35,488 nucleotides of DNA from Eledone cirrhosa (taxonomy: Eukaryota): assembly GCA_964016885.1 (NCBI GenBank), contig CAXHJY010000667.1, positions 1 through 35,488 of the forward strand. The letters run 5' to 3'. Both the position numbers and the translations under genes were made by a program. Shown in pieces: positions 27,535-35,488 of the stretch. The notes below the pieces were generated by a model that worked only from the letters and a program-made list of their open reading frames with translations, made no database searches and was not told the origin of the DNA. Each line of letters begins with the position of its first letter. Positions within the stretch are counted from its first letter, which is position 1.

Positions 27535-28207
27535 CTGTGCGACGAGGAAATCTTTGCACACGCATTGGTACACTGCTCGGTCATTGCCGATCTGTGGGGC
27601 TATGTAGAACGACTGCTGTCAAGGGTGGGACCGATCCGGTTGACCACAGAGTCCATTGTAACGATCAAGCCGCCTCCCCTCTTCAAAAACGAAGGAGAGG
27701 CGGTGTTTCTGTGCGTAATAGCTATGGCAAAAGAGGTTATATGGTGGACGCGTCTGAAAGGACTGAGGTCAGACACCTTCCTCTCTGGCCAACAACTGGT
27801 CCGTTTCTTCCGATATCATTTCGGAAGAAGGATCAGGATGGAGAGAGAGGTGCTGCACCCCAGCCGTTTTTTATGAAAGATGGGTGAAAGTGGCGAGAAT
27901 GGCCCGTGTGAATGGGCCTTCACTCTACATCAGACTGTAGGTGAGAAAGATGAAATATCAAGGGAACACCCTCTCTCTGTGCTCCTGAGGAGAAGGGTTG
28001 CACACTTTTTCGGGGGTGTGTGCGACCCCCCAAGGCGCCTCCTCCCTATTGAGGATTTTGTTATTCAATTTATTTTTGTTATATTTTATATCTTATATTT
28101 TTATATCTTGTTATTGCCTCCTCCTTATTGAGGACGCCTTTTTATGTAAACTCCCTCATTGTACTTGTCCCACTTTTTGACGCCCTGGTGGCAAATAAAA
28201 AGAAAGT
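27535..28207 (+). mobile_element. L1/Tx1-clade LINE 3' fragment (ORF2 C-terminal zinc-knuckle region + 3' UTR)
   Basis: HALVHCSVIADLWGYVERLL...KEVIWWTRLK...FFRYHFGRRIRMERE, frameshift in the T run at ~27870, then ERWVKVARMARVNGPSLYIRL* (stop 27940); tail GCCCTGGTGGCAAATAAAAAGAA. Confidence 0.8.
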
Positions 28208-28226
28208 TATCTATCATTATATATGA

Positions 28227-28339
28227 CCGAGTTCAAATCCCGCCGAAGTTAACTTTGCCTTTCATCATTAGGGGGTCGATAAAATAAAGTACCAGTAATG
28301 CACTGGGTAATTGCTGGCCTTGTGCCAGCAGTAGAAATA
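28227..28339 (+). mobile_element. tRNA-derived SINE family 1, 5'-truncated
   Basis: Begins at B box GAGTTCAAATCCC; conserved body and tail. Confidence 0.85.
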
Positions 28340-28353
28340 ACTATATATTAGAC

Positions 28354-28539
28354 GATGGATTGGCAGTATCGGTAGAGGGTCGGACGCCATGCTTTTACGC
28401 ATAGAGTTACGGACCTTGCCATTCTGAGTTCAAATCTGCCCGAGGTTAACTTTGCCTTTCATCCTTACGGTGTCGATAAAATAAAGTACCAGTAATACAT
28501 TGGGTAATTGCTGGCCTTGTGCCAACAAATAGAAACAAT
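28354..28539 (+). mobile_element. tRNA-derived SINE family 1
   Basis: GGATTGGCAGTATCGGTAGAGGGTCGGACGCC through GGCCTTGTGCCAACAAATAGAAAC. Confidence 0.9.
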
Positions 28540-28742
28540 CATATATATATATATATACACAGTTCAAGAGTAACCAATCTTAAAGAGAGAGATGGAGATA
28601 GGAGAGGAGATAGGAGAGGGGAGGTTGGTGAATTAGTTAGAAGCTAAAGCGTAAAGACATGTGCTCAATGTGCAATATGCAGTAGAAAACAGCTAGGGGG
28701 CTGGGTTAATTCTCTCCTTATTCTAATTTATATTCCTTTGAA

Positions 28743-28861
28743 GTTCCGATGAGCCGCTCTGTTTTTAAATATGTTAATTATTTTCAACTGAACCAGATCA
28801 CTAATGATATATAGTCATCTGATCCAGTAATATTATATGGAGTGGCGAAACAATTGTAAAC
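28743..28861 (+). ncRNA. Hammerhead-like motif with ~94-nt stem II domain and U4C core variant
   Basis: GTT-CCGATGA-GCCGCTCTGT...ATGGAGTGGC-GAAA-CAATTG-TA-AAC; 10-bp stem II base; inner hairpin CAGATCACTA/TAGTCATCTG; palindromic stem III ACAATTGT; GUA triplet. Confidence 0.65.
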
Positions 28862-28930
28862 GGACATTATTATTATTAATATTATTATTATTATTATTAA
28901 TATTATTAATAATAATAATGTCCGTTTAAT

Positions 28931-29118
28931 GCCGGTGAATTGGCAGTATCGGTAGAGGGTCGGACACCATACTTTGACGCATAGAGTTACGGCCCTTGCC
29001 ATTCTGAGTTCAAATCCCGCCGAGGTTAACTTTGCCTTTCATCCTTACGGGGTCGATAAAATAAAGTACCAGTAATACACTGGGCAATTGCTGGCCTTGT
29101 GCCAAAAGTAGAAACAAT
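28931..29118 (+). mobile_element. tRNA-derived SINE family 1, full length
   Basis: A box, B box, body and (TTA)n tail all present. Confidence 0.9.
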
Positions 29119-29234
29119 TATTATTAATATTATTATTATTATTCTCTACATTTCTTACATCAAACTAAAATATGTTGACAATCTTTTAATAATGTCTTCC
29201 TTGTGAAATTTGTGGTCTTGTTTTGCTTAAGTAA

Positions 29235-29268
<34 letters not shown>

Positions 29269-29272
<4 letters not shown>

Positions 29273-29459
29273 AACCAGTAAGACCCCGACAGCTGAGCTC
29301 AAGCCGTTTCGACGGCTAATTCTGTCCAGAATTAGCCGTCGAAACGGCTTGAGCTCAGCTGTCGGGGTCTTACTGGTTCCTATTACCCACTCTACTACCT
29401 CAAGTATTGAGTACTTTGGTGCGTTATGGTCCACCTGGTTCCTTACCACATTTCCTTCG

Positions 29460-29462
<3 letters not shown>
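29269..29462. mobile_element. Family C fold-back element (short left arm)
   Basis: Near-perfect palindrome 29269-29382 centred at ~29325; right tail to TTCCTTCGTTA. Confidence 0.85.
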
Positions 29463-29500
<38 letters not shown>

Positions 29501-29807
29501 GACTCACTCACACATATCTATATATTGGGATAAGGATGGAACGCTGAAATCCACATTTCAGAGCAATCTACAAAGACATCTTCGTACCGTTAACGTAACG
29601 ACTTTGAAAAGGATTATTTTCCCCGAAATATCGGGACCAATGATATATTTGTCGTGTACCGTTTCAATATCTATGTTATAGTTATGATTAAAATTTATTC
29701 TATATATGCTACCTTATACCCCCCTCTCTCTCGCTCACTCACTTACTCGCTTGCTCTCTCTCACAGTCACTCACTCACCCACTCACTCTCTTACTGACTC
29801 ACTCTCT

Positions 29808-30657
<850 letters not shown>

Positions 30658-30899
30658 GTGAGAGAGTCTGTGTGAGTCTGTCTGTGATAATGTGTATTTG
30701 TGTTCTATGGCTGTCACGGTTGCTGGCAGATACTTCCAATCAGGCGGGTGGAAAGCATGCTCCAACAGAAGAGATACGGGTGGTAGTTCATTATCTCACA
30801 TAGTGGTGGCGCTGCTGAAGTCGTCGTTGTTGTTGTTGTTGTTTCCATGATTTTCTTTTCATGTTAATGTTTGTATTTATGTCTCTGTATGTGTGTGTG

Positions 30900-31012
30900 A
30901 CAGAGAGAGAGAGGCAAAGAGAGAGGGAAAGAGAGAGAGAGGCAAAGAGAGAGGGAAAGAGAGAGAGAGAGAGAGGCTAAGAGAGGGAAAGAGAGAGAGA
31001 GGCTAATAGAGA

Positions 31013-31043
<31 letters not shown>

Positions 31044-31237
31044 GCTAAGAGAGAGGGAAAGAGAGAGATAGGCTAAGAGAGAGGGAAAGAGAGAGAGAGA
31101 GGCTAAGAGAGAGGGAAAGAGAGAGAGAGAGAGAGAGAGGCTAAGAGAGAGGGAAAGAGAGAGAGAGAGAGAGGGGGAAAGAGAGAGAGAGAGAGAGAGA
31201 GGGAAAGAGAGAGAGCGAGAGGGGGGTAAGAGAGAGA

Positions 31238-31307
<70 letters not shown>

Positions 31308-31548
31308 AACAGATGGATAAATAGACAGACATATAGATAGATAGATGGGTTTATATAGAAATAATTCCTGGATAGAGAGATTGATATATCTATCTATCTA
31401 TATATATATATATATATATATACAGAGAGACAGAGAGTGAGGGGGGGGGGGGAGGTAGTGAGAGAGATGGATTGGAGAGATAGAGAGGGGGAGAGAGAGA
31501 GGTAGTGAGAGAGATGGATTGGAGAGATAGAGAGAGAGATAGATAAAT

Positions 31549-31589
<41 letters not shown>

Positions 31590-31912
31590 TATAGAGAGAG
31601 GGGATCTATCAAGAGATAGGAGTAGAGAGAGAGAGAGAGAGAGAGACAGAGATAGAGAGAGGGGGTCTATCAAGAGATAGAGAGATAGGAGTAGAGAGAG
31701 AGAGAGAGAGACAGAGATAGAGAGAGAGGGATCTATCAAGAGATAGAGAGATAGGAGTAGAGAGAGAGAGAGAGAGACAGAGATAGAGAGAGAGGGATCT
31801 ATCAAGAGATAGAGAGATAGGAGTAGAGAGAGAGAGAGAGAGAGAAAGGGTGAGAGAGAGAGAGAGAGATAACTAGAGATAGATAGAGAGAGGGGATCTA
31901 TCAAGAGATAGG

Positions 31913-31969
<57 letters not shown>

Positions 31970-32020
31970 AGAGAGACAGATATAGAGAGAGGGTATCTAA
32001 CAAGAGATAGAGAGAGAGAA
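30900..32020. repeat. Polypurine (GA)n tracts with higher-order units
   Basis: GGCTAAGAGAGAGGGAAA units at 30.9-31.3 kb; ~60-bp GGGATCTATCAAGAGATAG..GGAGTAG units at 31.6-32.0 kb. Confidence 0.9.
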
Positions 32021-32028
32021 TAATGTCA

Positions 32029-32060
32029 ACATGGCGGGGTATGGCCGCCATGTTTGCATG
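32029..32060. promoter_or_regulatory. Pair of inverted YY1-like motifs in a unique GC-richer island
   Basis: AACATGGCGG (+) and AACATGGCGGCC (-) within 30 bp; motif match only. Confidence 0.3.
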
Positions 32061-32298
32061 CGGGATAAATAACCATTTTGTTGTTTGTCGAAATAGCTTT
32101 GTTCACATGTGTTCACCATTGGGGGGAGGGGGGAGCTGCTGCTGATAACACTCCCCTGGGGGTGCGGTGCTGTGTTTTGTAATCTCAGTGTCCCGTGGTG
32201 TAGTGGGATATCAATCTCAATATATATACATATATATAAGTATATAAGTATATATATGTATATATATATATATATATATGTATATAAGTATATATATG

Positions 32299-32411
<113 letters not shown>

Positions 32412-32424
32412 ATATATAAATGTA

Positions 32425-32493
<69 letters not shown>

Positions 32494-32512
32494 GTATATA
32501 TATATATATGTC

Positions 32513-32591
<79 letters not shown>

Positions 32592-32621
32592 CTATATATA
32601 TATATGTATATATATATGTAA

Positions 32622-32655
<34 letters not shown>

Positions 32656-32658
32656 GTC

Positions 32659-32695
<37 letters not shown>

Positions 32696-32889
32696 ATATA
32701 TATATGTATATATATGTAAATATATATATGTATATATATATATATATTTGTTAAAATAACAGATTAAAGTTTAAGCAAAGAATCGCTGCTTTCACCCTTA
32801 ACGGGATCTTCTGAAACCAACAAAGTCAATCTGTAAACGCAGAAGTGAATATTTCAAAAAACGTTGCAACCGGAGGAAGACAGGAAGAC

Positions 32890-33443
32890 GATACTTTGGT
32901 TCATGGAGACGTTCGCTGGCAAAGAACGGAAAAAACGAATAATACGTCATTAATAGGAGCGGTGTAAAACAATTACGCGCAAAGACAGAACCTCGTTTAT
33001 GGTATAAAAGAGGTCGTAGACTAATGTTCTCTTAGGTGGTGCATAGAGACGTTCTCTAGCGATGAACGAAAAAAACGAAGATAATAAGTCATATGTGGAG
33101 CGTGGAGAACAATAGCACGCAAAGACAGAACCACGTTTATGGTATAAAAGAGGTCGTAGACTAATGTTCTCTTAGGTGGTGCATAGAGACGTTCTCTGGC
33201 AATGAACGAAAAAAACGAAGATAATACGTCATATGTGGAGCGTGGAGAACAATAGCACGCAAAGACAGAACCACGTTTATGGTATAAAAGAGGTCGTAGA
33301 CTAATGTTCTCTTAGGTGGTGCATAGAGACGTTCTCTAGCGATGAACGAAAAAAACGAAGATAATAAGTCATATGTGGAGCGTGGAGAACAATTGCACGC
33401 AAAGACAAAACCACGTAAATGGTATAGCAGAAATCGTAGACTA
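32890..33443. repeat. 140-bp tandem repeat, 3 near-identical units + 1 diverged
   Basis: CTAATGTTCTCTTAGGTGGTGCATAGAGAC at 33021, 33161 and 33301; diverged unit at ~32890-33020. Confidence 0.95.
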
Positions 33444-33698
33444 ATCAGATAAAATATAATATAGGTTAGTTTTAGAAATAAATATTGACATACCCTGAAA
33501 AAATGCAACCATTCTGGTTGGAATCTACTGGATAGTGAGTATATCTCACTATCCAGGAGATTCCAGGGTATGTCAATATTTATTTATAAAACTAACCTAT
33601 ATTATATTTTATCTGATGAAAGCGCACCATAGTTTGCCTTGGTGGGCCTTGAAATATGTATAATGAAATAAATATGGTTTTATAAATATAGTTTCCAT

Positions 33699-33710
<12 letters not shown>
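33444..33710. mobile_element. Family A fold-back element with nested hairpin and HHR
   Basis: Inverted arms 33444-33497 / 33564-33617; inner hairpin 33519-33565; HHR 33605-33670 (+). Confidence 0.8.
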
Positions 33711-33744
<34 letters not shown>

Positions 33745-33885
33745 ATATATATATATATATATTATATATATATATAATATATATATATATATATAATATA
33801 TATATAGTATATATATATATATATATATAATATATATATAATATATATATAATATATATATATATATAATATATATATATATATA

Positions 33886-33942
<57 letters not shown>

Positions 33943-34015
33943 ATAATATATAATATATATATATATAATATATATATATAATATATATAATATATATATA
34001 TATAATATATATATA

Positions 34016-34069
<54 letters not shown>

Positions 34070-34071
34070 AT

Positions 34072-34103
<32 letters not shown>

Positions 34104-34138
34104 ATATATATAATATATATATATATAATATATATATA

Positions 34139-34192
<54 letters not shown>

Positions 34193-34265
34193 ATATATAT
34201 ATATAATATATATATATATAATATATATATAATATATATATATATATAATATATATATAATATAT

Positions 34266-34334
<69 letters not shown>

Positions 34335-34342
34335 TATATATA

Positions 34343-34394
<52 letters not shown>

Positions 34395-34397
<3 letters not shown>

Positions 34398-34530
34398 CAA
34401 CGCCAAAACAGAGGTATGAGAGATCGTATTAGTTTCACGCTTTCTATAGAAGAGGGGAGAGAAAGTTCTACGTTTCGGACGTTAGTCCTTCTTCTGGAGA
34501 ATACAAAATTAGAGAATATATATAAACATC
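34395..34530 (-). mobile_element. Family F element with degenerate HHR
   Basis: Minus strand CAGAAGA-A-GGAC-TAAC-GTCC-GAAACGTA at 34467-34498 (U4A); same stem II as 18185; GCGTGAAACTAATA downstream. Confidence 0.7.
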
Positions 34531-34739
34531 GATCTATCCACCTCTCTGTCTGCCCCATCTCTCCCCACCACTCACACATACACACGTATTTATGTCGGTA
34601 CTGAATTAACGTATTGAGTACTTTCTTCTACTGTTGTCACCTCTCTATGAACTTCGGGAATCCACCCATATGTGTATGTACACACACACACACATACATA
34701 CATATATACACACACATATATATATATATATATATATGT

Positions 34740-34788
<49 letters not shown>

Positions 34789-34821
34789 CACCAACGCGCA
34801 CTCGTATATATATATATATAT

Positions 34822-35488
34822 CTAATGCGGGTAAAATTCCCGAGTTCCATGGACGAGTTCTCTCCAGCGGTCTCTGTCCCTCATTATCGCTGCCATGTCC
34901 TGCGTCTCTTCATTGCTGTAGTGGGGTCTGTGCTGCTGTACGGGTCTGAGACTTGGACACTGACCAAGAAACTCACTCAGATGGTGGATGGGTGCTACAC
35001 GAGAATGCTGAGGATGGCTCTGAACATTAATCAATATACACTGAGGATGAAGAACTCAGAGCTGGACGGGATCATCTCAAAAGTCAGCTCAAAAGTGACA
35101 CAGAGGAGACTGAGGTTAGCTGGACATGCTCACCGACATCCAGAGTTGACACTGCACTTAGTGCTCCTGTGGGAGCCCCTACATGGATACACTGGGTTAG
35201 CTGGACATGCTCACCGACATCCAGAGTTGACACTGCACTCAGTGCTCCTGTGGGAGCCCCTACATGGACACACTAGGTTAGCTGGACATGCTCACCGACA
35301 TCCAGATTTGACATTGCACTCAGTGCTCCTGTGGGAGCCCCTACATGGACACACTGGGTTAGCTGGACATGCTCACCGACATCCAGAGTTGACATTGCAC
35401 TCAGTGCTCCTTTGGGAGCCCTGCATGGACACACTAGGTTAGCTGGACATGCTCACCAACATCCAGAGTTGACACTGCACTCAGTGCT
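34822..35488. mobile_element. Rearranged RTE-type LINE: minus-strand 3' end joined to plus-strand internal segment with 81-bp tandem repeats
   Basis: 34822-~34908 matches the 3' end at 604-690 (minus); ~34909 onward (+) translates IAVVGSVLLYGSETWTLTKKLTQMVDGCYTRMLRMALNI...[12 protein letters not shown] (LLYG.ETW motif); 81-bp units at 35114, 35195, 35276, 35357, 35437. Confidence 0.9.

Noticed and set aside
29590-29640. TTGAAAAGGATTATTTTCCCCGAAATATCGG as a hammerhead
   Set aside because: Multiple core mismatches and no convincing stem I.
33161-33508. 115-aa minus-strand ORF in the 140-bp array
   Set aside because: Unit length is not a multiple of 3 and there is no recognisable motif.
34672-35442. 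256-aa ORF as a functional gene
   Set aside because: Chimeric: microsatellite, antisense LINE tail, RT C-terminal fragment and tandem repeats; lacks the RT catalytic core.

Overview
Eukaryotic, extremely microsatellite-rich DNA: (TA)n, (CA)n, (GA)n and (GGT)n tracts fill well over half the window by eye. The tRNA-derived SINE resembles those I associate with octopod cephalopods, but that assignment is inference only. No intact protein-coding gene is supportable, and almost all ORFs in the track are microsatellite artefacts. The non-satellite islands are mostly retroelement debris: 3' fragments of RTE-clade and L1/Tx1-clade LINEs, about 9 copies of one tRNA-SINE, one copy of a second SINE, and a bipartite RTE-derived element. 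The main signal is at least 8 families of short non-coding elements inserted almost exclusively in (TA)n. They carry type I hammerhead ribozyme (HHR) motifs: 15 with an intact CUGANGA...GAAA core, 3 core variants and several half-motifs. These motifs have palindromic stem III and often long stem II. Thirteen of the insertions are head-to-head fold-back palindromes, usually with one long arm and one short arm that stops at an internal TA motif. This looks like a dense population of non-autonomous Penelope-like/retrozyme-type elements with a stereotyped inverted integration structure. A few unique islands may be exons or promoter elements of a minus-strand host gene (low confidence).
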